64,000 bases of DNA from an uncultured Acidobacteriota bacterium (GCA_963779415.1 CAVZYA010000001.1:1504001-1568000), one strand, 5' to 3'; positions 1 through 9,834 are shown, counted from the stretch's first letter. A program made the numbers and translations. Notes: generated by a model from the letters alone, not told the origin.

Positions 1-1927
1 CCTCGGTCCCCGGGTAGTAGTGGCCGAGGATTTCGGCCGCCGACTTTCCCGCGAGAGCCATTCCGAAGGCTCCGTTCTGGCAGAGGCCGACGCCATGCCC
101 CCAGCCTCTTCCGTAGAACGTGAAGACCGGAGCGCCTCCCGGCTCCTTCCCCCGCACGACGGAGAAGAGCGTCTCGGGAAGCCCGAGGGAGAACCGGATC
201 TCGAGTCCCGCCAGAACGGTCGGCCCGGCGTCCGTCGTGACTTGGACTCTCCGGGCCCGTCCCGACGGCGTCCGCTCGAGGACCTCCACCTTCCGGACGA
301 CGGTGACCGGGCGCGACGGATCGCGCTCCCTCAGCTTCGCCGCGAGGTCGGCGCCGGTGAAGCGGCGCGTCCAGTGGATCCACGCCGACTCACGGTCGCT
401 CATCCCTTCCGCCGGGGCGGGCGCCCGCAGGAAACCGACGACACCCCCTCCGCGGAGGAAGAGGTGCACCCGGTCGCCGGGATAGACCCGAAGGGCGGCC
501 ACGGGAGTGGCCGCGTCCGCCGATCCGGAAAGGAGCGCCGGGACGGCGAACGGATACGAGCTTCTCCCCTTCGCCGTCTTCACGGTGATCTGCGGCGGCG
601 CGACGCTGACGAGCCGCCCCTCGATCTCGTCGAAATCGCCGAGGCGGGAAAGGATTCCGGCCCAGATGCCGGCGGCCTCCTCGGGCGAGAGAGCGCGTGT
701 CGTGGGGAGCGCGGTGCCCTCCGTGAACTGGAAGCGCGAAAGGAGCGCCCACGCCGAGCGCGCTTTCCGGCTCCATCCCTCCGGTGCCCCGGCACGCTCG
801 ACCTCCTCGGTCAGGAGATCGGCATCGGGAATGCCGGCCGCCTCGACGATCTCCGTGTAAGCCGACGCCGGCCAGAGAGGGTGCGCGCCGCTTCTCGGAG
901 GAAGGCCGAGCCGGGCGCGCACGGCGTTCCGTACCGCGACGAGACCGGCCGGAGTCGGGTCCTTCCCGAGCGCGGCGAGGAGCGCTCGTCCGCGGGCGCC
1001 GAGGAGCGTCGTCGGGCGCGACGTCCCCCGGGGCACCGCTCGTCCGGCGAGCGTCCACGGCATCTCCCCCGAGCAGGCGACCGAGACCAGGTACGGGCGC
1101 GGCGGAGATCCGTTCGGAAAGACCTCCGACGCGCTCTCCGTCCGCCCCCCGCACGTCGAGGTGAAGAGCGTCTCCGCGAGCGCCCCCTGGAAGACGAGGA
1201 CGAGTCCGGCCGTCTCCTCGACGGCCCGGGACGAGAGCGGCTGCTCGACGGCCGTTCCTCCGTAGACCTGGCAGCGCGGCGTCGCGCAGAGGTCGTACCC
1301 TTCCGCCGCCGATTCACCCCGGTGTCGGAGCGCGTAGCTGCGCGCCGCCACCGCCTGAGCTTTCAGCGCCTCCACCTCGTCGTAGACACGCGGCCCCATC
1401 TCGGCGGGAACGACCCCCTTGAGGTAGTCCTCCAGATTCACCCGGTTCACGACGTGGAGCGTTCCCCGCGGCGTCGCCCGGATGAAGAGAACGCCGCGAT
1501 ACGACGAATCGCCGAACGGGACGGGGCTTCCGTCCGGGCGGGCGAGGCCGACCGGAGACGGCTGTTCCTCGCTCCGGCCGTTCCCCTCGATGACGACGCT
1601 GCCGGCAGTCGCTGACGGACGGAAGACGAGGGCGCCCTTGCGGGCCTCGGTCCCCGGACCCGCCCGGAGGAGCCAGTCGCCGGGAGGAAAGGCAGCCGAA
1701 CGCCGGTCGATCCCGATCGCGACGTCGAGGACGACGGGCTTCACTTCCGGGAAGACGGGAGGCGGAGAGGGCGTCGGTGTCGGAACGGCCGTGGCCTTCG
1801 GACCGGGCGTCGGTGTCGGAACGGGGGGCGTGACGGGGGCAGGCGCCGGCGCGCAGGCCACCTCAAGCAGAAGGAGAAGCGACGCAGCCAACGGCGAGAG
1901 GCGGAGAAAACTCCGGCGGTACGTCAC
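1..1927 (-). CDS. SpoIID/LytB-domain lipoprotein (3' end runs off the window)
   Basis: Translated by hand because it is absent from the ORF track. GTG at 1927 overlaps the upstream TGA. Lipobox-like LEVAC, a Pro/Thr linker, SpoIID motifs VNRVNLEDYLKGVVPAEM, EALKAQAVAARSYA and DLCATPRCQVY, and ILGHYYPGT at the window edge. Confidence 0.85.
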   Translation of the reverse strand, partial: MTYRRSFLRLSPLAASLLLLLEVACAPAPAPVTPPVPTPTPGPKATAVPTPTPSPPPVFPEVKPVVLDVAIGIDRRSAAFPPGDWLLRAGPGTEARKGALVFRPSATAGSVVIEGNGRSEEQPSPVGLARPDGSPVPFGDSSYRGVLFIRATPRGTLHVVNRVNLEDYLKGVVPAEMGPRVYDEVEALKAQAVAARSYALRHRGESAAEGYDLCATPRCQVYGGTAVEQPLSSRAVEETAGLVLVFQGALAETLFTSTCGGRTESASEVFPNGSPPRPYLVSVACSGEMPWTLAGRAVPRGTSRPTTLLGARGRALLAALGKDPTPAGLVAVRNAVRARLGLPPRSGAHPLWPASAYTEIVEAAGIPDADLLTEEVERAGAPEGWSRKARSAWALLSRFQFTEGTALPTTRALSPEEAAGIWAGILSRLGDFDEIEGRLVSVAPPQITVKTAKGRSSYPFAVPALLSGSADAATPVAALRVYPGDRVHLFLRGGGVVGFLRAPAPAEGMSDRESAWIHWTRRFTGADLAAKLRERDPSRPVTVVRKVEVLERTPSGRARRVQVTTDAGPTVLAGLEIRFSLGLPETLFSVVRGKEPGGAPVFTFYGRGWGHGVGLCQNGAFGMALAGKSAAEILGHYYPGTE

Positions 1928-2652
1928 GAATTCGCGCGCCGCTGCTTGACCTCTCGCCGGTAGTCGGGGCCTGTGAGCGGGATCAGATCGCACATCTCGG
2001 CGAGCCGGCTCCGCATGGCCGTCCCAACACGGAGTTCGAGCGTCTCGCCCCCGGGTTTCTCCGGCGTGTCGCCGTAGTTCGTCGTCAGGAGAGTGATTCG
2101 CTTCCGGTTGTATCTCGTGTTCAGGAGACCATAGAGAATGTCGCGCGCCCAGTCGGTCGGGCGCCGGGCACCGAGCTCGTCGAGGACGAGAAGGTCCGCG
2201 TCCCGGTAGATCGCGAGAATCCCGTCCTCGCTCTCGTCGGACCCCTTCGAGAACGTCGCCTGAATCCGGGCCAGGAGGTCGGTGAAGTCGCAGAAGACCC
2301 CGCAGACGCCCATCGTGTCGACGAGTTCGGCGAGGACAGCGACGGCGAGGTGCGTCTTCCCGACGCCCACCGGCCCGACGATGAGAAGGCCGCGGTCGAG
2401 CGCGGGCCACTCGCGGACGAAGCGCCGCGCCACGGCTTTCGCGGCGCGCTGCGAGTCGGTAAGCTCGTTGAAGTTCGTCAGGCCGCAGTTGCGGTACCGC
2501 TCGGGGATCCGCGCCGCCCGCCGGCGCGCGTCGCGCTCGACCCCCGCGCGGCAGCGGCACGGCACGAGCTTCCGCCCGTCCGGCGACTCGAGCATGCCGA
2601 ACCCCTTGCAGACGGGGCACGCGGCCGGAGATTCAAGAAGGGGAAAAGCCAC
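1924..2652 (-). CDS. DnaC/IstB-like AAA+ ATPase (helicase loader family)
   Basis: N-terminal CxxC...CxC zinc motif, RIPERY, Walker A GPVGVGKT, Walker B LLVLDELG, TTN and RSRLAEM motifs. Confidence 0.85.
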   Translation of the reverse strand: MAFPLLESPAACPVCKGFGMLESPDGRKLVPCRCRAGVERDARRRAARIPERYRNCGLTNFNELTDSQRAAKAVARRFVREWPALDRGLLIVGPVGVGKTHLAVAVLAELVDTMGVCGVFCDFTDLLARIQATFSKGSDESEDGILAIYRDADLLVLDELGARRPTDWARDILYGLLNTRYNRKRITLLTTNYGDTPEKPGGETLELRVGTAMRSRLAEMCDLIPLTGPDYRREVKQRRANS

Positions 2653-2733
2653 GAAGGGATTCTAAGAGGAAGACCCTCACCGGAGATCGATTCACTTTCA
2701 AAGAAATGCGACGAGGCGATCGCCGGGGGCGTT

Positions 2734-3621
2734 TCAGTTGAGGTACGCCCGGAGCGCCCGGGACTTCAGGGTCCGCTTGATCCGGGCGATGGCCTGCGCC
2801 TCGATCTGCCGGACCCGCTCGCGCGAGAGCTTCAGCTCCTCGCCGATCTCCTGCAGCGTCATCGGCTCCCGCTCGCCGTCGCTCCCGTCCTCCGGGATGC
2901 CGAATCGCCGGCAGAGGATGGCCCGCTCCTTCCCGGGAAGGACGTCGAGGAGCTGGCGTGTCTGCTCGATCGAAGAGCGTCGCAGGAGCTGCTCGTCGGC
3001 GGCCGCGACGGTCGTCTGTTCGAGCGTGTCCTCGAGCGTCCGCTCCTCCTCGAGGCCGTAACTCTCGGAGAGCGACTCGGAGGTCCGTGACATCGCGAGG
3101 AGCATCTCGACCTCGGGGGGCGTGAGCGCCGCCTCCTCGGCGATTTCGGGCACCGTCGGCTCGCGCCCCAGGCTGCGCGCGAGCATCTCGCGGACGCGGA
3201 CGACCCGCGCGTGGAGGGTCGCCTGCTTGTGCGGGAGGCGGATCGCTCCCCACTGCTCCGACAGGGCGTGCGAGATGGCCTGACGGACCCACCAGACGGC
3301 GTACGTGATGAACTTCACTCCCCGCTCCGGATCGAAGCGGCGAGCCGCCTGGATGAGCCCGATGTTCCCCTCGTTGATCAGGTCGAGGAACGAGATCTCC
3401 GGGGAGTGAAACCGCTTCGCGTACGAGACGACGAACCGGAGGTTTCCGCGGACGAGCTCGTCCACGGCCTCCTTCCTCGCCTCCTCCGCGGACGCCGGAT
3501 CCTGGATCAGCCGCCCCAGCTCGCGTTCGCGCTCGGGGGTCAGGACGGGGTAGCGCGCGATGTCTTCGAGGTACTTCCGAAGGACCTTCGACTCGTCGTC
3601 GCCGCGGGGTCGGGTGGTCAC
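2734..3621 (-). CDS. RpoD/RpoS-family sigma-70 factor lacking region 1.1
   Basis: YLEDI, NLRFVVSYAK, DLINEGNIGLIQAARRFDPERGVKFITYAVWWVRQ, and region 4 TLQEIGEELKLSRERVRQIE. Confidence 0.92.
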   Translation of the reverse strand: MTTRPRGDDESKVLRKYLEDIARYPVLTPERERELGRLIQDPASAEEARKEAVDELVRGNLRFVVSYAKRFHSPEISFLDLINEGNIGLIQAARRFDPERGVKFITYAVWWVRQAISHALSEQWGAIRLPHKQATLHARVVRVREMLARSLGREPTVPEIAEEAALTPPEVEMLLAMSRTSESLSESYGLEEERTLEDTLEQTTVAAADEQLLRRSSIEQTRQLLDVLPGKERAILCRRFGIPEDGSDGEREPMTLQEIGEELKLSRERVRQIEAQAIARIKRTLKSRALRAYLN

Positions 3622-3656
3622 GCGAGGCCGATTATCCCCTCGCCTCGTCCGGCGCG

Positions 3657-4091
3657 TCAGTCGTGCCGGCGCACGAGGTCGCCGCGCGGCCGGACCGCGA
3701 GGGCAATCGAGTGGCCTCCCCCGCGCCCCGCGTGCTCGGCCGCCACCGCGCGGATCGCCTCCATGAGCCGCTCGACCTCCCCTTCCATCTTCTTCAGGCG
3801 CGACTTGAGGTCGAGGATGACCTCGACGCCGGCGAGGTTCACTCCCAGCTCGCGGGTCAGCGTGAGGATGATCTCGAGCCGTTCGACGGTGTCCTGGTCG
3901 TAGAGCCTCGTGTTTCCGGTGGAGCGCGGCGGGCGGATGAGCCCCTCACGCTCGTAGAGGCGCAGCGTCTGGGGATGGACGCCGAAACGGCGCGCCACGA
4001 CCCCGATCAGCACGTAGGAGGTCTCCCGGGGGCCTCGGGAGGGGGCCGAGGCCCGGCCGTGAGGCCGGGCCTCGTGTCGCTCGTGCCTCAT
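3657..4091 (-). CDS. hspR: HspR-like MerR-family heat-shock repressor
   Basis: IGVVARRFGVHPQTLRLYEREGLI..RSTGNTRLY..LTRELGVNLAGVEVIL; lies directly downstream of dnaK. Confidence 0.85.
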   Translation of the reverse strand: MRHERHEARPHGRASAPSRGPRETSYVLIGVVARRFGVHPQTLRLYEREGLIRPPRSTGNTRLYDQDTVERLEIILTLTRELGVNLAGVEVILDLKSRLKKMEGEVERLMEAIRAVAAEHAGRGGGHSIALAVRPRGDLVRRHD

Positions 4092-4098
4092 GGCCGGG

Positions 4099-6000
4099 TC
4101 ACTTCTTCTCCTCAACGACCTCGGCGTCGATCACGTCGTCGGCCTTCGTCTTCGGCCCTCCCTCCGGCGTGCCGGCCGGCGGCGCCTCCGGGGCGGGCGC
4201 CGACTTGTAGAGCGCCTCGGCGATCTTGTAGCTCGCCTTCTGGAGATCCTGCGCCGCGCGGCGGAGTGCCTCCGCGTCGCCGGCCTTCTCTTCGAGCACC
4301 TTCTTCGCGTCCGCGATGGCGCTCTTGACGCTCTCCTTCTCGGAGGGCGGGACCTTTTCCCCGCTCTCTTCCACGAGCTTCTCCGTCGCGTAGACGAGAG
4401 AGTCGAGCTGGTTCTTCGCCTCCACGGCGTCGCGGCGCGTCTTGTCCTCGGCCCGGTGAGACTCGGCCTGTTTCACGGCGCCCTCGACCTCGTCCTTCGA
4501 CAGGCCGGACGAGCCCTCGATCCGGATCCGCTGCTCCTTGCCGGTGCCGCGGTCCTTCGCCGCGACATGGAGGATGCCGTTCGCGTCGATGTCGAAGGTC
4601 ACCTCGATCTGCGGCATGCCGCGCGGGGCCGGCGGGATGCCGAGGAGCTGGAACGTTCCGAGCCTCTTGTTGTCGGTCGCCATCTCGCGCTCGCCCTGCA
4701 GAACGACGATCTCGACCGACGTCTGCCCGTCGCTCGCGGTCGAGAAGACCTCGGACTTCTTCGTGGGGATCGTCGTGTTCCTCTCGATGAGACGCGTCAT
4801 GACGCCGCCGAGCGTCTCGACGCCGAGAGACAGCGGCGTCACGTCGAGGAGAAGGAGGTCCTTCACGTCGCCCGCGAGGACGCCCCCCTGAAGGGCCGCG
4901 CCGACGGCGACGACCTCGTCCGGGTTCACGCCCTTGTGCGGCTCCTTGCCGAACAGCTCCTTGACGAGCGCCTGGATCCGCGGCATCCGCGTCTGGCCGC
5001 CCACGAGGACGACCTCGTCGATCTTCTCGGCCGTCAGGTCTGCATCCTTGAGCGCCTGCCGACAGGGGGCGACCGACCGCTGCACGATCTCCTCGACCAT
5101 CGACTCGAGCTTGGCCCGGGTCAGCTTGATCGTCATGTGCTTCGGGCCCGCCGCGTCGGCGGTGATGAAGGGAAGGTTGATCTCCGACTCCAGCGTCGTC
5201 GAGAGCTCGATCTTGGCCTTCTCCGAAGCCTCCTTCAGTCGCTGCATCGCCATCGGGTCCTTCCCGAGGTCGATCCCCTGGTCCTTCCGGAACTCGGCGA
5301 GGAGCCAGTCGGCGATCTTCTGGTCGATGTTGTCGCCGCCGAGGTGCGTGTCGCCGTTCGTCGACTTCACCTCGACGACCCCCTCGCCCACCTCGAGGAT
5401 CGAGATGTCGAACGTGCCGCCGCCGAAGTCGTAGACGGCGATCGTCTCGTTCTTCTTCTTGTCGAGGCCGTACGCGAGCGCGGCCGCCGTCGGCTCGTTG
5501 ACGAGCCGCTCCACCTTCAGGCCGGCGATCTGTCCCGCGTCCTTGGTGGCCTGGCGCTGAGCGTCGTTGAAGTAGGCCGGGACGGTAATGACCGCCCGCT
5601 CGACCTTCTCCCCGAGGTAGGCCTCTGCGGCCTCCTTGAGCTTCGTGAGGATCATCGCCGAGATCTCGGGGGGCGAGAACTCCTTCCCCTGGACCTGGAC
5701 GCGCGCGTCTCCGTTCGACGAGCGGACGACCTTGTAGGGGACCATCTTCATCTCGGCGCTCACCTCGTCGTAGCGGCGCCCCATGAACCGTTTGATCGAG
5801 TAGACCGTGTTCTCGGGGTTCGTCACGGCCTGCCTCTTGGCGACCTGGCCGACGAGCCGCTCGCCCGACTTGGCGAAACCGACGACCGAGGGCGTCGTCC
5901 GTCCCCCCTCCGAGTTCGCGATGACCTCCGCGCTTCCCCCCTCGAGGACGGAGACGACGCTGTTCGTCGTCCCGAGGTCGATTCCGATGATCTTGCTCAT
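4099..6000 (-). CDS. dnaK: Chaperone DnaK (Hsp70)
   Basis: [42 protein letters not shown] and a DVIDAEV tail. Confidence 0.99.
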   Translation of the reverse strand: MSKIIGIDLGTTNSVVSVLEGGSAEVIANSEGGRTTPSVVGFAKSGERLVGQVAKRQAVTNPENTVYSIKRFMGRRYDEVSAEMKMVPYKVVRSSNGDARVQVQGKEFSPPEISAMILTKLKEAAEAYLGEKVERAVITVPAYFNDAQRQATKDAGQIAGLKVERLVNEPTAAALAYGLDKKKNETIAVYDFGGGTFDISILEVGEGVVEVKSTNGDTHLGGDNIDQKIADWLLAEFRKDQGIDLGKDPMAMQRLKEASEKAKIELSTTLESEINLPFITADAAGPKHMTIKLTRAKLESMVEEIVQRSVAPCRQALKDADLTAEKIDEVVLVGGQTRMPRIQALVKELFGKEPHKGVNPDEVVAVGAALQGGVLAGDVKDLLLLDVTPLSLGVETLGGVMTRLIERNTTIPTKKSEVFSTASDGQTSVEIVVLQGEREMATDNKRLGTFQLLGIPPAPRGMPQIEVTFDIDANGILHVAAKDRGTGKEQRIRIEGSSGLSKDEVEGAVKQAESHRAEDKTRRDAVEAKNQLDSLVYATEKLVEESGEKVPPSEKESVKSAIADAKKVLEEKAGDAEALRRAAQDLQKASYKIAEALYKSAPAPEAPPAGTPEGGPKTKADDVIDAEVVEEKK

Positions 6001-6030
6001 GAAACCCTCCGGTCGTTGTCGACCGGGAGC

Positions 6031-6060
6031 AAGATAAAACCTTAGTCAAATATTGTCAAG
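6031..6060 (-). promoter_or_regulatory. Sigma70-type dnaK promoter overlapped by a HAIR-like HspR operator
   Basis: Minus strand reads TTGACA (6059-6054), N17, TATCTT (6036-6031). Plus strand CCTTAGT-N7-TGTCAAG (6040-6060) matches 10 of 14 positions of HAIR (CTTGAGT-N7-ACTCAAG). Confidence 0.7.
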
Positions 6061-6106
6061 TCGATCTCATCAAAAAATCTTCATTGCCACTGTATACTGC
6101 TGTAAA

Positions 6107-7393
6107 TCATTTGAATTCAATGGCTTCTTTGTCGGTCTTGTGGTCAGGTTGCTGGGCTTCCGGAGCTTTCAGGACCAGCGCCCTCGAGAAGAGGAGGTCC
6201 ACGTCGGTCCGGCCGTCCCGGTCGAAGCCGACGACGTAGAACTTGTTCCCCTGGACGATGTACCGATACTTGTTTCCGGACGGATCGGAAAGATCCCCCG
6301 GCTTGAGGATGTGGGACGAGACGAGGGGCTGGAGCGAGTCCGGAAAGCGGCCCGAGAGGAGACCATACAGGTCGACCCCTTCCGCCACGCGGCGAAGCCG
6401 CAGGAGCGACTCGGTCTTCCGGGCATCGTCGAGGATGGTCGACGGCCGCCGCGGAATCGCGACGAGGTTGAGGGGGTTTTGCGCCTGAAAGTGGAGCGCG
6501 ACCAGGCCGAGAAGAGCGAGGCCGAGACCGACGAAGAGTGTGATGTCGACGGGGCGCCGGGCCGCGGCCGGCGGCGCCGTGGGCGCCGCCGCCTCGCGGC
6601 GCGGCATGCCGATCTCTTCGATCAGACCGCGGCTCACGAGATCGTAGAACGCCTTGCACCCGTCGAACTCGGAGAGGAAGGTGACTTCGTTGATCTCCGC
6701 CACCGTCCGACGCCCGTCCACGAGCTCGTAGACGGCCCATTCCGCGCGGGAGATCCGGATCGGCTCGAGGCGGGATTCCCTCCCCACACGGTCGCCGGAC
6801 CCTTCGGCGTCGTCCACCAGCTCCTCGTCGTCGGCGGGGATCACGGGCTGGGCGACCGGGACGCGCTGGTAGACGAGGTCGAGAGAGCGGACGACCTTCT
6901 CGACGATGGGCCACTCGTCCACCATCCGGGCGCCTTCCATGAGGACCTGCTCGACGCCGAGCGGAGTCGTCGACTCGTGGTCGTAATCCACATGGTCGGT
7001 CTGCTCGAAGACGTAGTCACCGTCCGTCCACCGGAAGAGGCCGTACGCGATCCGGCGGATCTGGATGTCGAGTCCGTCCCGGAGGTCCTGCGCCGTGCAG
7101 AAGCCGTTCTTGAGGAGGATGAAGCCGAGGCGTTGCAGCGTCTGGGACTGGATCTCGAGGGCGCGCTGAAGGTCGTCCGGCGAAAGCCTCCGCGTCTTGA
7201 CGAGCACCGTGCCGAGGCGCGTGTCGAGACGCTGGGCCGACGACTCGGCCGAGACGAGCATTCCGTCGACGAACCCGAGCGTAACCGTGTCGGAAGGGCT
7301 CCGGACGTTCAGGAGCCCGGTCTTGTGCTGCAGCGCGATGAGCTGGAGGATGTCGGCGAGAGAGAAGTCGCTGAGGGTGCCTTCGAGCGCCAT
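6107..7393 (-). CDS. DUF4388 (PATAN-like) membrane protein with a C-terminal GspG/pseudopilin-like domain
   Basis: Starts MALEGTLSDFSLADILQLIALQHKTGLL; contains RLGTVLVK, one TM helix, then YGLLSGRFPDSL...DPSGNKYRY. Confidence 0.75.
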   Translation of the reverse strand: MALEGTLSDFSLADILQLIALQHKTGLLNVRSPSDTVTLGFVDGMLVSAESSAQRLDTRLGTVLVKTRRLSPDDLQRALEIQSQTLQRLGFILLKNGFCTAQDLRDGLDIQIRRIAYGLFRWTDGDYVFEQTDHVDYDHESTTPLGVEQVLMEGARMVDEWPIVEKVVRSLDLVYQRVPVAQPVIPADDEELVDDAEGSGDRVGRESRLEPIRISRAEWAVYELVDGRRTVAEINEVTFLSEFDGCKAFYDLVSRGLIEEIGMPRREAAAPTAPPAAARRPVDITLFVGLGLALLGLVALHFQAQNPLNLVAIPRRPSTILDDARKTESLLRLRRVAEGVDLYGLLSGRFPDSLQPLVSSHILKPGDLSDPSGNKYRYIVQGNKFYVVGFDRDGRTDVDLLFSRALVLKAPEAQQPDHKTDKEAIEFK

Positions 7394-7395
7394 CG

Positions 7396-9336
7396 TCAGC
7401 CTCTCCGCGCCGTCGTCTGTCCGAGCGTCCAGCCGGCGGCGGCCACGGCGCCCCAGAACACGAGACCCGGCAGCGACGTCATCAGCCCCGGCCTGGGAAT
7501 GACCGCGAATTGGTGGCGGAAAAAGAGCCCGATGAGCCCCGCGGAAAAGAGCAGGAGCGCGAAGAGGCCGGCGAGAACCCGCGACTCGAGGAACGCGGAG
7601 GTCCCGGGCAGGAAGAAGTTGAGCCCCGAATGGAGCCGGTCCTGGGCGGTCTTGCGGCGCCGCACGTCCTCCAGCTTCTGGAGCTTCGTCTCGATGGCGA
7701 CGCCGTCCTTCTTCAGGTAGACGTGAATGCACTGGGAGCAGAGGAGGCTGCTTTCGCCCGAGGGCTTGCAGAGCCGGCAGAACGTCCGGCCGCACTTCTG
7801 GCACTCGGAAGCGTAGCCGCGCCCGCGCTGCCGCCGTCGGTCGAGCAGGACGGCGGCCACCACGGCGAGGGGAATTCCGGCGAGGATCGGCGCGCTCCAG
7901 CCGACCGCCGGACGATAGGAACGGAAGAGACCCAGGAGGTGCCGTCCCCGCTCGTCCTTCTCGAGGGCCGCCGACTTCCGATGCGCCTCCTCGATCGTAT
8001 AGCCGATCGAGACGACGCGCACGAGCGTCGGGGCTTCCTGATACGACTGGATCATGGCGGCATCGAGCGCCCGCGCCTCGTTCAGCATCTTGACGGCTTC
8101 GACGGTCCGAAACGTCTCCGCATAGAGAAGGGCGAGGTTGTAGCGGGCCGGGACGTTCCGCGGATCGCGCCGCACGGCCTCCTGATAGTCCTCCTGCGCG
8201 GAACCGAGGTCGCCGTCCACGAACCGGATGTTCCCCCGGTTGATGAGAGCCCGGCTCTCGCGCGCCGAGATCTGCGCGGCCGAGGAGTACTCGACGACCG
8301 CCCGTTCGTTCTGCCCGAGCGCCTGGTAGACCCTCCCCAGGAGGAAGCGAAGGTCGGCGTCCTCGGGGAGAAGGGTTCGCGCCTGCTCGAGGCTGTCCAC
8401 GACGCGCTGGTCGTAGCGCGCCTCCTCGAGAGCCTCCGCGCTCCGGACGACCGGCGACGATGCCACGGCCAGCTCGTACGACGTCCGGTCGACGAGCGGG
8501 AGGATCGGCACGGTCAGCGCGAGCGCGGCGATCGCGCCTACGCGCTGCGGCCACGTCGCGTAGCCGAAGACGAGGACGAAGAGATAGAGGAGGAACCAGA
8601 GGACGTCGAGGGAGAGGAGAAGCGGCGCAAGGAGGAGGGCGATGACGAGAATGTCGGTTCCGAATCCCCCCGGGACGACGCGGCTCGCCGTCTCGGCAAG
8701 GTCGTGGACGAGACGCCGCCCGTGGCGGATGTAGAGGATCACGAGAACCGCCGCCGCGGTGGCAAGACCGGAGAATGCGAGGACGAGGATCCCCCGGGCC
8801 GCAAGAACGCGGCGCGACTCGCCGTCCGCGAGAGTCGCGCGGAAGGCCCCGAGGAGTTCCGGCACCACCCCCCGGTACTGCCGCGTCCGGATCGCGAGCG
8901 CGAGGCGCGCCCAGCGCGGCTCCGAGAGGTCCGGGTCGAGGCGGCTCGCGGACTGGAAGGCCTCGCGCGCGAGATCCGTCTTCCCTTCCTCCAGCTGGCG
9001 CCGGCCGAGGATCGTCGCCGCGAGGGCGAGGTCCGTGATCCGCCGGATCTCGATCCGCTGCGAGTACTTCAGGATCTCGTCGACCTTCGCCCGCGCCGTG
9101 ATCGGGTCCCCCTCCTCCTGCGCGGAGAGCCACGCGAACCACTGGCCCCGGATCTGCCGGCGGAAGGTCAGCTCGTTCGACTCACCCGGTCCGACGAGCG
9201 CCTGCGCGACCGCAGGTGCCGCGGCGAGGAGTCCGGCCAGGGCGACCCCAGCCGCGAGCGCCGCACGGCCGAGGCCTCTCTTCCCGCGGCCGCCCCGCGG
9301 CTCGATCCGGGCGGGAACGCCATCGCGTCCTCTCAG
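7396..9336 (-). CDS. Multi-TM TPR protein with a C-terminal Cys-rich zinc finger
   Basis: TPR motifs (LRFLLGRVYQALG, ALINRGNI, ARYNLALLY) and CQKCGRTFCRLC..CSQC. The frame stays open upstream of the track start (8868) through a signal peptide to a CTG at 9336. Confidence 0.75.
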   Translation of the reverse strand: MRGRDGVPARIEPRGGRGKRGLGRAALAAGVALAGLLAAAPAVAQALVGPGESNELTFRRQIRGQWFAWLSAQEEGDPITARAKVDEILKYSQRIEIRRITDLALAATILGRRQLEEGKTDLAREAFQSASRLDPDLSEPRWARLALAIRTRQYRGVVPELLGAFRATLADGESRRVLAARGILVLAFSGLATAAAVLVILYIRHGRRLVHDLAETASRVVPGGFGTDILVIALLLAPLLLSLDVLWFLLYLFVLVFGYATWPQRVGAIAALALTVPILPLVDRTSYELAVASSPVVRSAEALEEARYDQRVVDSLEQARTLLPEDADLRFLLGRVYQALGQNERAVVEYSSAAQISARESRALINRGNIRFVDGDLGSAQEDYQEAVRRDPRNVPARYNLALLYAETFRTVEAVKMLNEARALDAAMIQSYQEAPTLVRVVSIGYTIEEAHRKSAALEKDERGRHLLGLFRSYRPAVGWSAPILAGIPLAVVAAVLLDRRRQRGRGYASECQKCGRTFCRLCKPSGESSLLCSQCIHVYLKKDGVAIETKLQKLEDVRRRKTAQDRLHSGLNFFLPGTSAFLESRVLAGLFALLLFSAGLIGLFFRHQFAVIPRPGLMTSLPGLVFWGAVAAAGWTLGQTTARRG

Positions 9337-9785
9337 CCTCGCCTCGCGGGGGGCGGAGCCGGCGGACGGCCGGCGGGAGGAGCGGCGAGACGGGCGAAGA
9401 GGAGCTGAAGCTCGCCCAGAAGGTTTTCGAGGGCGTCGCTCTCCTGGAACGAGAGCCGACCGCGCGTCTTGTCGCGCAGGGCGGTCAGCGAGTCGATGAT
9501 CTGCCGCGCCCCCGCGAGGTCGATCTGCCGCCGTCCCGTGGCGGGATCGGGAAAGCCCTCCATGTAGAGCGCCGCCGTCTGACCCAGCATGTCGAGGAGC
9601 CGGAGGAACGCGGGCTGCGTCTCGGGGAGCGGCTCGGCGGGGCGCGCCGTCGCGGCGGGAGCGGTTGCCGGCGGCGGCGCGGCTTCCGGCTCCTCCATCT
9701 CGGCGCGGTATTCCTCCCGGACCTCCCCGTCCGCTGTGAAGAGTCGGCGGTCCACCACTTTGATCGTCTTCTCGCCTTCGGCCAT
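9333..9785 (-). CDS. DUF1844-family protein
   Basis: IKVVDRRLF, and DPATGRRQIDLAGARQIIDSLTALRDKTRGRLS..E..LLGELQL. Confidence 0.8.
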   Translation of the reverse strand: MAEGEKTIKVVDRRLFTADGEVREEYRAEMEEPEAAPPPATAPAATARPAEPLPETQPAFLRLLDMLGQTAALYMEGFPDPATGRRQIDLAGARQIIDSLTALRDKTRGRLSFQESDALENLLGELQLLFARLAAPPAGRPPAPPPARRG

Positions 9786-9834
9786 AGATCCCCTTTAAGG
9801 AGTCATTATTCTACGCAACGAGGAGGGCGAAGGC

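Noticed and set aside
20-1615. 531-aa + strand ORF and many similar long Arg/Pro/Gly-rich ORFs across the window (e.g. 4090-6045, 15323-17404, 49121-52750, 49998-52787)
   Set aside because: Antisense or off-frame shadows of real high-GC genes, with no recognisable motifs.
1769-1824. Direct repeat GGGCGTCGGTGTCGGAACGG, two copies
   Set aside because: Encodes an ordinary Pro/Thr linker (VPTPTP) of the SpoIID lipoprotein.
1924-2652. IS21 (istB) or prophage replication module
   Set aside because: No istA transposase, terminal repeats or phage genes nearby, and the gene is coupled to chromosomal genes.
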